NCBI GenBank assembly: GCA_964654465.1
Contig: CAZZIO010000064.1
Coordinates: 1-53,986, forward strand
Reading direction: 5' to 3'
Length of the DNA stretch: 53,986 nt
Source of the DNA: an uncultured Dictyoglomota bacterium
GTDB lineage: Bacteria > Dictyoglomota > Dictyoglomia > Dictyoglomales > Dictyoglomaceae
The position numbers were made by a program, and so were the translations under genes. Numbering within the stretch: the first letter of the stretch is position 1; each line of letters starts with the position of its first letter. The notes under the pieces are model-generated. The model was not told the DNA's origin and did no database searches. It saw nothing but the letters and a program-made list of their open reading frames with translations. Below are positions 1-8,970 of this stretch, piece by piece.

Positions 1-329
1 CCATAAAGACTCTTATGGTATGAATGCTCTACTAAAACCTTTTGATCAGGAAAAACCTTGGACACTGCTAAGTTTAAAAGAAATATAAAACTTCTTTCTA
101 ATATTCTCCTACCCAAATTAGATCTACTACCAATAACATCCAGCCTAACATCATCAGTAACCATAAAATTAAGATCTTCTATTTCTCCATTTACCCTCAC
201 TCCAATAGGAATCTCCCCTTCGTTTAAAAGCTTAGAAGCTATCTCTTTATTGTTATTCAAAATTTCTATAACTCTTTGAGGATTTTCTATCTCTGCTCTT
301 ATTGCCCCTCTAAATTCCACATTTATCAT
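1..329 (-). CDS. N-terminal part (truncated by window edge) of a uridine/nucleoside kinase-like protein with ThrRS-like TGS N-terminus
   Basis: Not in ORF track. Manual translation from ATG 329 (SD GGAGG upstream): MINVEFRGAIRAEIENPQRV...GVRVNGEIEDLN...NLGRRILERSFIFLLNLAVSKVFPDQKVLVEHSYHKSLY, open to position 1. VNGE..DL and G.RI.ERS..F.L..A resemble ThrRS-N/uridine kinase fusions. Confidence 0.7.
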   Translation of the reverse strand, partial: MINVEFRGAIRAEIENPQRVIEILNNNKEIASKLLNEGEIPIGVRVNGEIEDLNFMVTDDVRLDVIGSRSNLGRRILERSFIFLLNLAVSKVFPDQKVLVEHSYHKSLY

Positions 330-430
330 GATAAGAACCTCCCAGATATTTAAGTTCTTATTTAAAAAATTTTTAATTTAGTTTATAATATTTCCAAGAA
401 GATTAAAAGGAAGGAGTTGAAATTTTTCTT

Positions 431-1279
431 ATGAAGAAGCTTATTATTTCCCTCCTAATCTCCATTTTTTTTGTTTTTAGTTTATCCTATGCACAAGAAA
501 ATCCCAATAGTATAAAACTAATAGGTGTAGCAATAGCTTCAAGTATAGAAGAAGACGAATATGGTCTTACTTTAATTGACGGAATATTTAGTATAATTAA
601 TTTTGATAGTCTCCCTCAAACAGATACTTTTTCACTATATTCTCGGTGGATGGGGAATGGAAAATACGACATAGAAATAAATCTATTAAACCCAAGTAAA
701 GAGAAAATATTAGGCACTATCGATGATAGTTTTGAATTGACAAGAGAAAATGAAGTATTTTATTTTTGGGGAAACTTTGAAGATATAGCCTTTGATGAAC
801 CAGGAGTTTATTGGATACAAGTGAAAGCAGACGGGAAACTTCTCAAGGAAATACCATTATTCGTTTTAGAAAATGATGAAGATATAGATATTCCAGAAAA
901 TTTAACACAAAAACCTATTTTAGCCTTTACTCTTCCTGCTCTTGAGATTTACGAAAATGATTATGGTCTTACATCCTTAAAAGGAATTTACGAATATTAC
1001 GCCACTGATGAACTACCATTCACAGATTCATTTATTATTGCAAATGGTTGGATGTCTGGTGAAAGTGAATACAACCAACATATAGAAATTTTCTCACCTG
1101 ACAAAAAATTATTATATAAATCAGAACCTCAAAGCTTTGAAACAAATGCTGGATCTATTATTACTTTATTTGATGAGATATCCAATTTTTCATTTGAGAA
1201 AGAGGGAGATTACTTAGTTAAAGTTTTCCTTGACGATGAAGAAGTTAATTCCTTTGTACTAAAAGTGATCAAAGAATAA
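431..1279 (+). CDS. Secreted acidic hypothetical protein with two tandem homologous ~120-aa beta domains
   Basis: Signal peptide MKKLIISLL...SYA. Internal duplication EEDEYGLT..GI...LP.TD.F...WM...F.EPGVY vs YENDYGLT..GI...LP.TD.F...WM...F.KEGDY. Confidence 0.8.
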   Translation: MKKLIISLLISIFFVFSLSYAQENPNSIKLIGVAIASSIEEDEYGLTLIDGIFSIINFDSLPQTDTFSLYSRWMGNGKYDIEINLLNPSKEKILGTIDDSFELTRENEVFYFWGNFEDIAFDEPGVYWIQVKADGKLLKEIPLFVLENDEDIDIPENLTQKPILAFTLPALEIYENDYGLTSLKGIYEYYATDELPFTDSFIIANGWMSGESEYNQHIEIFSPDKKLLYKSEPQSFETNAGSIITLFDEISNFSFEKEGDYLVKVFLDDEEVNSFVLKVIKE

Positions 1280-1280
1280 G

Positions 1281-1313
1281 GAATAAGGGGAGGGGCAGAA
1301 ATGCCCCTTATTC
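1281..1313. terminator. Hairpin between convergent genes (bidirectional terminator candidate)
   Basis: aggggca-gaaa-tgcccct, and gaataagggg/ccccttattc inverted repeat. Confidence 0.6.
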
Positions 1314-1577
1314 TTCTATTTTTGCAAGAATATCTCCTTTACTCAATATAAGATAATCTTCATCATCAACCTTTATTTCTGTTCCGGAGTATTTTGCAAA
1401 GATAATTTTATCTCCTTTTTTCACCTTTATAGTTTCGTCATCTCCTACCTCAATCACTTCAGCAATTTGAGGCTTCTCTTTTGCTACATCAGGAAGAATT
1501 ATACCTGTAGGCGTCTTTTCTTCTTCCTTTATAACCTTAACAAGTACCCTATCCTCTAATGGGATTACTCTTTTCAC
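1308..1577 (-). CDS. groES: Co-chaperonin GroES (Cpn10)
   Basis: PLEDRVLV, mobile loop EEKTPTGIILPD, KYSGTE..DILA. Start GTG 1577 chosen for SD spacing (ORF track starts at 1586). Confidence 0.95.
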   Translation of the reverse strand: MKRVIPLEDRVLVKVIKEEEKTPTGIILPDVAKEKPQIAEVIEVGDDETIKVKKGDKIIFAKYSGTEIKVDDEDYLILSKGDILAKIEE

Positions 1578-1599
1578 GTCTTTCACCTCCTTATATTTT

Positions 1600-1842
1600 T
1601 CACTTAAGACCTAATAACCTATCTATTTTAGCTCTATCAAATCCTACAATAATATGTCCATTTATATCTATAACAGGAACCCCCATTTGCCCTGATTTTC
1701 TTACCATTTCTTCTGCTGCTTTTTTATCCTTAGAGACATCTACATCATAAAACCTTATACCCCTCTCCCGTAAGTATCTTTTAGTTGCATTACACCAAGG
1801 ACAAGATGGGGTTGAGTATACTATTACTCTTGGCATATTCAT
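1600..1842 (-). CDS. Glutaredoxin-like protein (NrdH/YruB family)
   Basis: YSTPSCPWC active site, GQMGVPV cis-Pro motif, IVGFD. Confidence 0.93.
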   Translation of the reverse strand: MNMPRVIVYSTPSCPWCNATKRYLRERGIRFYDVDVSKDKKAAEEMVRKSGQMGVPVIDINGHIIVGFDRAKIDRLLGLK

Positions 1843-1861
1843 TATTACTTCACCTCCTAAT

Positions 1862-1908
1862 ATATACTATATGGGGTATATTATAAAAACATATACCTAT
1901 TAAGTCAA
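1862..1908 (-). promoter_or_regulatory. Sigma70 promoter of the glutaredoxin-groES operon with a CsoR/RcnR-type operator
   Basis: Minus strand TTGACT (1903-1908), 17 bp, TATAAT (1880-1885). ATATAC-tatatggg-GTATAT inverted repeat with G-tract at 1862-1881. Confidence 0.7.
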
Positions 1909-1988
1909 TTTAAAATTTTTTTAAAGTTTTCTTATAAAAGATCATGCTATACTACTTAAAATTCCTAAAATTTTAAGGAGGTATAAAA

Positions 1989-2918
1989 ATGCCTTTAGTA
2001 AACCCTAAAGAATTATTCCAAAAATGCTATGGTAAATATGCAATAGGAGCCTTTAACGTAAATAATATGGAAATTTTGCAAGGAGTAATTGAAGCAGCAA
2101 AAGAAGAAAGATCACCATTAATTCTTCAAATATCAAAAGGTGCAAGAAATTATGCAAAACTTGTATACCTGATGAAGTTAATTGAAGCAGCAGTACAAGA
2201 TGCTCCTGATATACCAATAGCAGTGCATTTAGATCATGGTGATAGTGTAGAACTCTGTAAAGAAGTTATTGATGCTGGTTTCACATCTGTAATGATTGAT
2301 GGATCTCATCTTCCCTTTGAGGAGAATGTGAGAATCACAAAAGAAGTTGTTGATTATGCACACCCAAGAGGAGTAGCAGTAGAAGGAGAACTTGGAAGAT
2401 TAGTTGGTGTTGAGGAACATGTAGTAGTTTCTGAAAGAGAAGCATCCTATACTGATCCGGATAAAGCAGTAGAATTTGTTGAGAGAACTGGAGTAGATTC
2501 CCTTGCTATAGCTATTGGTACAAGCCATGGTGCCTATAAGTTTAAAGGTGAACCTAAATTAGACTTTGACAGATTAAGAGAAATTGCTAAAAGACTTCCA
2601 GGATTTCCATTAGTCTTACATGGAGCATCTTCCGTACTCCCTGAATATGTAGAAAAGGCAAATAAATATGGAGCCAAATTAGGGGGAGCAAAAGGTGTAC
2701 CAGAAGAAATGATAAGAGAAGCTACTAAAATGGGAATTTGTAAGGTAAATATAGATACTGATTTAAGACTTGCTGTTACTGCTACTATTAGAGAAATTTT
2801 TTCATTACATCCAGAGGAATTTGACCCAAGAAAATATCTTGGGCCAGCAAGAGACGAAGTCAAAAAATTAGTAAAACATAAATTAAGAAACGTACTTGGC
2901 TCAAGCGGACAGATATAA
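1989..2918 (+). CDS. fba: Class II fructose-1,6-bisphosphate aldolase
   Basis: HLDHG, SVMIDGS, GTSHGAYK, LVLHGAS, KVNIDTD, FDPRKYL motifs. Confidence 0.97.
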   Translation: MPLVNPKELFQKCYGKYAIGAFNVNNMEILQGVIEAAKEERSPLILQISKGARNYAKLVYLMKLIEAAVQDAPDIPIAVHLDHGDSVELCKEVIDAGFTSVMIDGSHLPFEENVRITKEVVDYAHPRGVAVEGELGRLVGVEEHVVVSEREASYTDPDKAVEFVERTGVDSLAIAIGTSHGAYKFKGEPKLDFDRLREIAKRLPGFPLVLHGASSVLPEYVEKANKYGAKLGGAKGVPEEMIREATKMGICKVNIDTDLRLAVTATIREIFSLHPEEFDPRKYLGPARDEVKKLVKHKLRNVLGSSGQI

Positions 2919-2928
2919 TATAAAATAA

Positions 2929-2957
2929 AAAGGGAGAGAGATTATCTCTCTCCCTTT
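2929..2957. terminator. Intrinsic terminator after fba (overlaps 3' end of the convergent gene)
   Basis: aaagggagagaga-tta-tctctctcccttt perfect hairpin. Confidence 0.75.
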
Positions 2958-3736
2958 AAATATTGTATACTTCTTTTTAAATTCTCATGTTTTTCCTTTA
3001 AAGAGTTAATTTCTAAAATAATAGACCCCTTAAAATTTCTGATAAAATCTAAATATTCTTCAAACTGAATTTTCCCTTTTCCTAAGGAAAGATGCTCATC
3101 TTTTGTTCCATCATTATCATGTATATGAATATGGGTAATATATGGCCTTAATATTTCAAAAGATTTATTAACTCCTTGAGATGAAATATTTGCATGCCCA
3201 AAATCAAAGCAAACCTTTAATCTTTCTCTAAATGTATCAATAAATTTTTTAAACTCTTCTACATTTTCAAACAAATCATTATCATCAAAGTATGTATTTT
3301 CAAAGGTAATCTCTATACCATATTTATCCGCTTTATCCATTATTATTTCTAAAGATTTTTTCAGCCTTTTCTTTGCGAGATATTTTAGAAGGAAAATTCT
3401 TAAAGGGACTTGCCCAGGATGTATCACTGCCCTTTTAACACCTATCTTATATGCATAATCCAAAGCTTTCAAGACACTGTCTATACTACTCTTCCATATA
3501 AGGTCATTAAAGGAGCCTAAATTAATATCTATATAAGGAAGATGCATAGTAAGAAAGAAATTTTTATTTTCTGCATATTCTCTTATTCTTTCTGGTTTCT
3601 CTAACAGTCTTCCATTAAAAAATAAGACAAGATCTCCAAAAAGCTCTAAAGTATTACCTCCTAAATTTTGAGTAATGTCAATAGCTCTTCTTACTGAATA
3701 AGTTTTTAAAGATAAAAAAGAAAATCCTATTTTCAT
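2942..3736 (-). CDS. Sugar phosphate isomerase/epimerase (AP-endonuclease-2 TIM barrel family)
   Basis: H.PY.D.N, VIHPG, FEN, CFDFGHA, HIHIHDN.G..DEH...G.G, LE metal-binding motifs. Confidence 0.88.
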   Translation of the reverse strand: MKIGFSFLSLKTYSVRRAIDITQNLGGNTLELFGDLVLFFNGRLLEKPERIREYAENKNFFLTMHLPYIDINLGSFNDLIWKSSIDSVLKALDYAYKIGVKRAVIHPGQVPLRIFLLKYLAKKRLKKSLEIIMDKADKYGIEITFENTYFDDNDLFENVEEFKKFIDTFRERLKVCFDFGHANISSQGVNKSFEILRPYITHIHIHDNDGTKDEHLSLGKGKIQFEEYLDFIRNFKGSIILEINSLKEKHENLKRSIQYLKGER

Positions 3737-3778
3737 ATTAGAAATATTATACTATAATTTATTAGGAGATATAACATT

Positions 3779-4609
3779 ATGAAGAAAATACTTTTACTAT
3801 TTATAGCTTTATATCTTTCTATATTTAGTTCCTCTTTTGCACAAGAGGATCTTACACTTTTTGATGCTAAATCAGCAGGTTTAGGATTTACTTTTGTAAC
3901 CCTTAATAGTGAGGGAGAGACATACTTTTTTAGTCCCGCCACTTTATCTCTAAAAAAATTCTCCTATCTTTCCTTTTCTATAGATTCTACAAATAACCAA
4001 ACTATAAAAATATCATACTTTTATCCATCTACTACTTTTTACGCCTTAAGTGTTGACTTATCCTTTGATCCCAATACCCAACAATATACTTTTAAAAATA
4101 TAAGAGGAGCTATATCCTTTCCTCTCACCAATTACCTTTATTTTGGAACATCAGCAAATTATGTGGAAGAACAAAAATTGATAAAAGGTAATTTAGGTAT
4201 ACTTTTAAAAGTTGGGAACATAAAAACAGGTGTAGTAGGAGAAGGAATTACCATAGAAAAATTATCTGAAAATGAATATAAAGTAACTACATTCTTAAAA
4301 TATAGCTTAGGTTTAAATCTTTCTCTATTTAATGATACAACTAACCTTTATTTAGATGTGGTAGATGTGGAAAAATTTTCAAATACAAAAGATTTGAATC
4401 TTTTAAGATTTGGTCTTGAACAAAATCTAGGAAATATATTGGTAATAAGATTGGGAAGCTCTGGAAATATTACAAATATACAAAACTATACCTTAGGCAT
4501 AGGCTTAAATCTAAATCTATTAACTCTTAATTTTAGCACTTTTCTTGATAAGGAAGACTCATCAAATTCAAAATTAAAATACAAGCTCACAGGAACATTA
4601 AGATTTTAA
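3779..4609 (+). CDS. Putative outer-membrane beta-barrel protein
   Basis: Signal peptide, alternating beta-strand pattern, DAKSAGLG..F..SPA N-terminal motif as in FadL/PorV-like proteins, C-terminal Phe. Confidence 0.6.
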   Translation: MKKILLLFIALYLSIFSSSFAQEDLTLFDAKSAGLGFTFVTLNSEGETYFFSPATLSLKKFSYLSFSIDSTNNQTIKISYFYPSTTFYALSVDLSFDPNTQQYTFKNIRGAISFPLTNYLYFGTSANYVEEQKLIKGNLGILLKVGNIKTGVVGEGITIEKLSENEYKVTTFLKYSLGLNLSLFNDTTNLYLDVVDVEKFSNTKDLNLLRFGLEQNLGNILVIRLGSSGNITNIQNYTLGIGLNLNLLTLNFSTFLDKEDSSNSKLKYKLTGTLRF

Positions 4610-5193
4610 TAATCAATACCCCATCTTGCTTTAATTCCTTTTTGGTATGGATGTTTTATCTCTTTCATTTCTGTAACTAAATCCGCTTTTTCTTTTATAC
4701 TTTCAGGCATATACCTTCCAGTTAATATTACTTCAAGATATCCGGGTTTTTTATTTAGAAAATCTATTACTTCCTCTTCCTTTATTAACCCATAATATAT
4801 GGCAAGACTGATTTCATCTAACACCAATAGATCATACTTGTTGAAATTATTTAACACCTTTTGCCATCCCCCTCTCACCACTTCTAAATCCTTATCTGTA
4901 GGCCCATCCTTTCCTATAAAGCATTCCCCACAACCATAACATTCAATAATATTCTCTCTTATGCCCGAAGAATAAATACAATCTCTTCCAAACTGCCAAA
5001 AATCTAAATTTTCTACTTTCTGTGCAAAAAGGAACTCTCCAGTAAAACTATTACCCTTTACAAACTGCACAAAAAGTACCTTTAATCCATGTCCTAAAGC
5101 CCTTACAGCTTGCCCTAAAGCAGCAGTCGTTTTTCCTTTCCCATCACCCGTATATACCTGTATTAATCCATGTATCCTATTAGATGCAGACAT
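4606..5193 (-). CDS. cobO: Cob(I)alamin adenosyltransferase CobO/BtuR type, with Cys-rich insertion
   Basis: YTGDGKGKTTAALG, QFVKG, LDEI, LTGR, ADLVTEM..IKHPY..G..A..GIDY. ATG 5193 overlaps the serA end (ORF track 5205). Confidence 0.92.
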   Translation of the reverse strand: MSASNRIHGLIQVYTGDGKGKTTAALGQAVRALGHGLKVLFVQFVKGNSFTGEFLFAQKVENLDFWQFGRDCIYSSGIRENIIECYGCGECFIGKDGPTDKDLEVVRGGWQKVLNNFNKYDLLVLDEISLAIYYGLIKEEEVIDFLNKKPGYLEVILTGRYMPESIKEKADLVTEMKEIKHPYQKGIKARWGIDY

Positions 5194-6757
5194 AATATAC
5201 GTCAATGATATTTTCTAATCTTTTTATTTTATTTAATACTTCTTCGCTTACAGGATTATCAATTACAAGTACCATTACTGCATCTTTACCTATCTCTTTT
5301 CTTCCTACTTGCATTGCAGCAATATTGATTTGATTTTCACCTAAAATAGTACCTACTTGACCAATAATACCTGGTTTGTCAATATGAAATGCGATTAAAA
5401 GATAAGGGGCAAGAGCAAGATCTAAATAATAGTCTTGTATCTTCAAAAGTCTCTCTTGACCTCTACTTACAGTTCCAGAAAGTTCTATAAACCCCTTCTC
5501 CGTTTTCAATCTCAATTTTAATGAAGTTCTGTATGTATCTGTTTCTTCTGTCCTTACTTCCTTAATCTTTAATTTTCTATCTTTTGCCATAGGAAGAGCA
5601 TTTATTAGATTTACCTCTTCACCTAATATAGGTTCCAAAAATCCCTTAACTACTGCAGACGCAAGAGAAGTCTCTATTTTATTAGCCAATTCTCCACATA
5701 TTTGTATCTCTAATTCTTCTGGATTGGCATTAACAACTTGAGCCAATAATTTTCCAAGTTTTTCTCCAAGCCTTATAAAGGGTAAAATCTCTGGAGAAAC
5801 TTGAATTGGTAAGTTAACAGCATGGGTAACAACTTCTCCTTTAAAGAATCTTATTATATCTTCAGCCACAATAAGAGCAACCTTTTCTTGAGCCTCCTGA
5901 GTAGAAGCACCTAAATGGGGCGTAAGCACTACATTATCTAAGGTTAGGAGAGGATTATCAGGCTCTATAGGTTCACTCTTGAATACATCTAAGGCTGCAC
6001 CAGCTATTTTTTTATCCTTCAATACCTCATAAAGAGCTGATTCATCTACAAGTCCACCTCTTGCACAATTAATAAGATAAGCAGTAGGTTTCATGCTTTC
6101 CAATTCTTTTTTTCCAATAAGGTTTTTCGTCTCTTGGGTCAATGGTAAATGTAATGAGACATAATCCGCTTCTCTTAGAAGATAATAAAGATCATCGGTA
6201 AGCTCAACTTCAAGTTCTTTTGCCTTCTCTAAGGAAATAAAAGGATCATAAGCAATAATTCTCATTCTAAAGGATTTTGCTCTCTTTGCTACCTCAGATC
6301 CAATTCTTCCAAGTCCAACCAAACCTAATGTTTTCCCATAAAGTTCATTACCTATAAAACTTTTTCTTTCCCATTTTCCTTGTTTTAAAAGCCAAAATGC
6401 GTGAGGAATTTTACGAGAAATAGCTAACATCAATCCAATAGTATGTTCACAAGCAGCTATAGTATTACCTTCAGGTGCATTTATTACAAGAATTCCCTTT
6501 CTTGTTGCTTCTTCTACATCAATATTATCAACTCCTACCCCTGCTCTACCAATAACTTTTAAGTTTTTAGCTCTTTCTATAACCTCTTTTGTAACTTTTG
6601 TCTCGGATCTAACCACTAAAGCAACATAATCCCCAATTATATTGAGAAGCTCCTCTTTAGGAAGCCCCGGCTTATAATCTACATCAAAATATTCTCTTAA
6701 TTTATTTAAGCCAGCTTCAGCTAATGGATCAGAAACTAATACTTTATACCTTTCCAT
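5180..6757 (-). CDS. serA: D-3-phosphoglycerate dehydrogenase (long type with ASB and ACT domains)
   Basis: GRAGVGVDNID, GLGRIG, INCARGG, TPHLGAST, DKPGIIG ACT domain; 525 aa. Confidence 0.96.
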   Translation of the reverse strand: MERYKVLVSDPLAEAGLNKLREYFDVDYKPGLPKEELLNIIGDYVALVVRSETKVTKEVIERAKNLKVIGRAGVGVDNIDVEEATRKGILVINAPEGNTIAACEHTIGLMLAISRKIPHAFWLLKQGKWERKSFIGNELYGKTLGLVGLGRIGSEVAKRAKSFRMRIIAYDPFISLEKAKELEVELTDDLYYLLREADYVSLHLPLTQETKNLIGKKELESMKPTAYLINCARGGLVDESALYEVLKDKKIAGAALDVFKSEPIEPDNPLLTLDNVVLTPHLGASTQEAQEKVALIVAEDIIRFFKGEVVTHAVNLPIQVSPEILPFIRLGEKLGKLLAQVVNANPEELEIQICGELANKIETSLASAVVKGFLEPILGEEVNLINALPMAKDRKLKIKEVRTEETDTYRTSLKLRLKTEKGFIELSGTVSRGQERLLKIQDYYLDLALAPYLLIAFHIDKPGIIGQVGTILGENQINIAAMQVGRKEIGKDAVMVLVIDNPVSEEVLNKIKRLENIIDVYYVCI

Positions 6758-6768
6758 TCTTCCCCCTC

Positions 6769-7923
6769 CTAATTAAAATTTTGGGCAAAAATTTCTTCCG
6801 CTACTTGTACTCCTTTACCTTTTATTCCCTTATATCCTACATTTTCTAAGGATATTTCTATTGCAGATAATGCTACTAATATATCTGTAGGTTCCACATA
6901 GCCTACATGTCCTATTCTAAATATCTTACCCTTTAAATTGCCTTGTCCTCCTGCCAAAACAATCCCAAACTTACTTCTTATATATTTTCTCAAATCATCG
7001 GGATTTACACCATCAGGGGGAATTACAGGTGTAACTGCATCAGAAGCCCATCTTTCATCTGCAAGAAGTTTAGTTACACCAATAGCTTTTATAGCTTCTC
7101 TTACAGCCTTACCTAATAAACTATGTCTCTTAAAGTTATTTTCAAGACCTCTATTTAAAATATTTTCAAGTGACTTTTTTAAGGCAAAGAAAATAGAAAC
7201 AGCTGGAGTAAAAGGAGTAGCTCCTTCTTCTAAAAATTTCTTTGCTTGTCTTAAATCAAAATAAAATCTTGGTAAATTTGCCTTCTCGTTAAACTTCCAA
7301 GCCAATTCACTTACCGATACCATAGCAAGACCAGGAGGGGTCTCTAAAGCTTTTTGAGAAGCAGTAACCACCACATCTATCTTGAGCTCATCTGTGGGTA
7401 AATCTATAGCTCCTAAAGAACTCACTGCATCTACAATTAAAAGTCTTTCAGGATTTTCTTTTACAATAGGTGCGAGCTCTTTTAAATTATTTGTAACTCC
7501 AGTGGAAGTTTCATTATGGGTCAAAAATACAGCTTTAACATTAGGATTTTCCTTTAAAGCTTTTTCAAGTACATCTGGTTCTATCCCTTTTCCAGGTTCG
7601 GTAACTATAGTTTTAACATTTAATCCATAAGCCTTACATATCTTTGCAAATCTCTCACCAAAAACTCCACAAATTCCTACTAAAACCTCATCTCCCTGAG
7701 AAAAGAAATTGGCAACTGCAGCCTCCATACCACCAGTACCAGAAGCTGTTAATATCAGTACATCATTCTCTGTTTTAAATACTTTCTTTAAAAGATCTGT
7801 GTTAGTTTTTAAAATGTTGGCAAACTCTGAGCCACGATGATTAATCATTTCTCTTGCCATCTCTAAGAGTACATCTTGTGGTACCGGAGTTGGACCTGGA
7901 ATCAGTAGAAAGTTTTTAGGCAT
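6769..7923 (-). CDS. Class V PLP aminotransferase (alanine-glyoxylate/serine-pyruvate family)
   Basis: LLIPGPTP, HNETSTG, VDAVSS, ASQKAL (PLP Lys), FRIGH. Confidence 0.93.
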   Translation of the reverse strand: MPKNFLLIPGPTPVPQDVLLEMAREMINHRGSEFANILKTNTDLLKKVFKTENDVLILTASGTGGMEAAVANFFSQGDEVLVGICGVFGERFAKICKAYGLNVKTIVTEPGKGIEPDVLEKALKENPNVKAVFLTHNETSTGVTNNLKELAPIVKENPERLLIVDAVSSLGAIDLPTDELKIDVVVTASQKALETPPGLAMVSVSELAWKFNEKANLPRFYFDLRQAKKFLEEGATPFTPAVSIFFALKKSLENILNRGLENNFKRHSLLGKAVREAIKAIGVTKLLADERWASDAVTPVIPPDGVNPDDLRKYIRSKFGIVLAGGQGNLKGKIFRIGHVGYVEPTDILVALSAIEISLENVGYKGIKGKGVQVAEEIFAQNFN

Positions 7924-7929
7924 GAATCC

Positions 7930-8433
7930 TCACCTCCAATATTTTTTACTTAAATCATAATATAACTCCGCATTCTTCCTAATACTTTTAACTTCCTCCT
8001 CTGTGACACTACGTACAACTTTACCAGGTACTCCCAAAACAACAGAATAAGGAGGAATTTCTTTGCCTTGAGGTACTAATGATCCTGCGCCTATAATGGA
8101 ATTTTCACCTATAATAGCTCCATCAAGAATAATTGCTCCCATACCAACAAGAGTATTATCACCAATTTTACATCCATGTAAAACTGCAGAGTGCCCTACA
8201 GTAACATATTTACCTATATATACAGGTTTTTCTTCATCCACATGAATAATAACATTCTCCTGTATATTTGAAAACTCATCAATAAAAATAGAGTCAAGAT
8301 CACCCCTAATTACAGCAAAATCCCAGATATTAACCCCCTTCTTAAGTGTGACCTTACCAATAACGACAGCCCTATCAGAAATAAAAACCTCATCCCCTAT
8401 TACGGGATAAAAACCATCAAAAGACTTTAACAT
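7930..8433 (-). CDS. Gamma carbonic anhydrase family hexapeptide-repeat protein
   Basis: IRGD, NIQEN..IH, VTVGH.AVLHGC, GVPGK. Confidence 0.93.
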   Translation of the reverse strand: MLKSFDGFYPVIGDEVFISDRAVVIGKVTLKKGVNIWDFAVIRGDLDSIFIDEFSNIQENVIIHVDEEKPVYIGKYVTVGHSAVLHGCKIGDNTLVGMGAIILDGAIIGENSIIGAGSLVPQGKEIPPYSVVLGVPGKVVRSVTEEEVKSIRKNAELYYDLSKKYWR

Positions 8434-8451
8434 AACTTAATACTCCTCAAC

Positions 8452-8486
8452 AAAAAAGGGGAACCTCCTACGAGAATTCCCCTTTT
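8452..8486 (-). terminator. Intrinsic terminator directly upstream of the gamma-CA RBS (possible attenuator)
   Basis: Minus strand AAAAGGGGAATTCTC-GTAG-GAGGTTCCCC-TTTTTT. Confidence 0.8.
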
Positions 8487-8563
8487 CATCATTGAAAAGT
8501 TCTTGGTTTATATTCTAATATAAACTAATTTAAGGTGACAATAGAGTAAAGATTAAAATTTAA

Positions 8564-8950
8564 TTAAGATGATAAATTTATATCAAAAAACTCAGATATT
8601 TTATCCTCTTCCAAAATTTCAGTTTTACCAAGCAACACTCCACCCTCTTCTACCGATATTTTCCCTCCCAGTTTCAAGTCCCCCTTAAATTTTCCTGTAG
8701 AAAGAATTTCTAAAGAACCTCTACAGATTATATTGCCAACCACTTCACCTATAATTATCACCTTATTAGCCTTTATATTACCATCAACAAATCCTGTCTT
8801 TCCTACAATGACTGCTTCCTTAGCCTCTATATCTCCTTTAAATCTACCATCAATTCTTAAAGAAGCTTTAGAAACAAGTTTACCTTCAAACTCTGACTGT
8901 CCCCCTATAACTGTATCCATAACTTCAGGCTTTTCTTTTCTCCCTAACAT
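8564..8950 (-). CDS. Bactofilin (polymer-forming cytoskeletal protein)
   Basis: TVIG..SEFEG.L.....LRIDG.F.GDI, V.G.I.A..V.I.G.V.GNI, VEEGG...G. Confidence 0.92.
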   Translation of the reverse strand: MLGRKEKPEVMDTVIGGQSEFEGKLVSKASLRIDGRFKGDIEAKEAVIVGKTGFVDGNIKANKVIIIGEVVGNIICRGSLEILSTGKFKGDLKLGGKISVEEGGVLLGKTEILEEDKISEFFDINLSS

Positions 8951-8970
8951 TATCTTCCTCCTTCCCTAAA

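Noticed and set aside
58-279. 73-aa plus-strand ORF
   Set aside because: Antisense shadow of the real minus-strand gene at 1..329.
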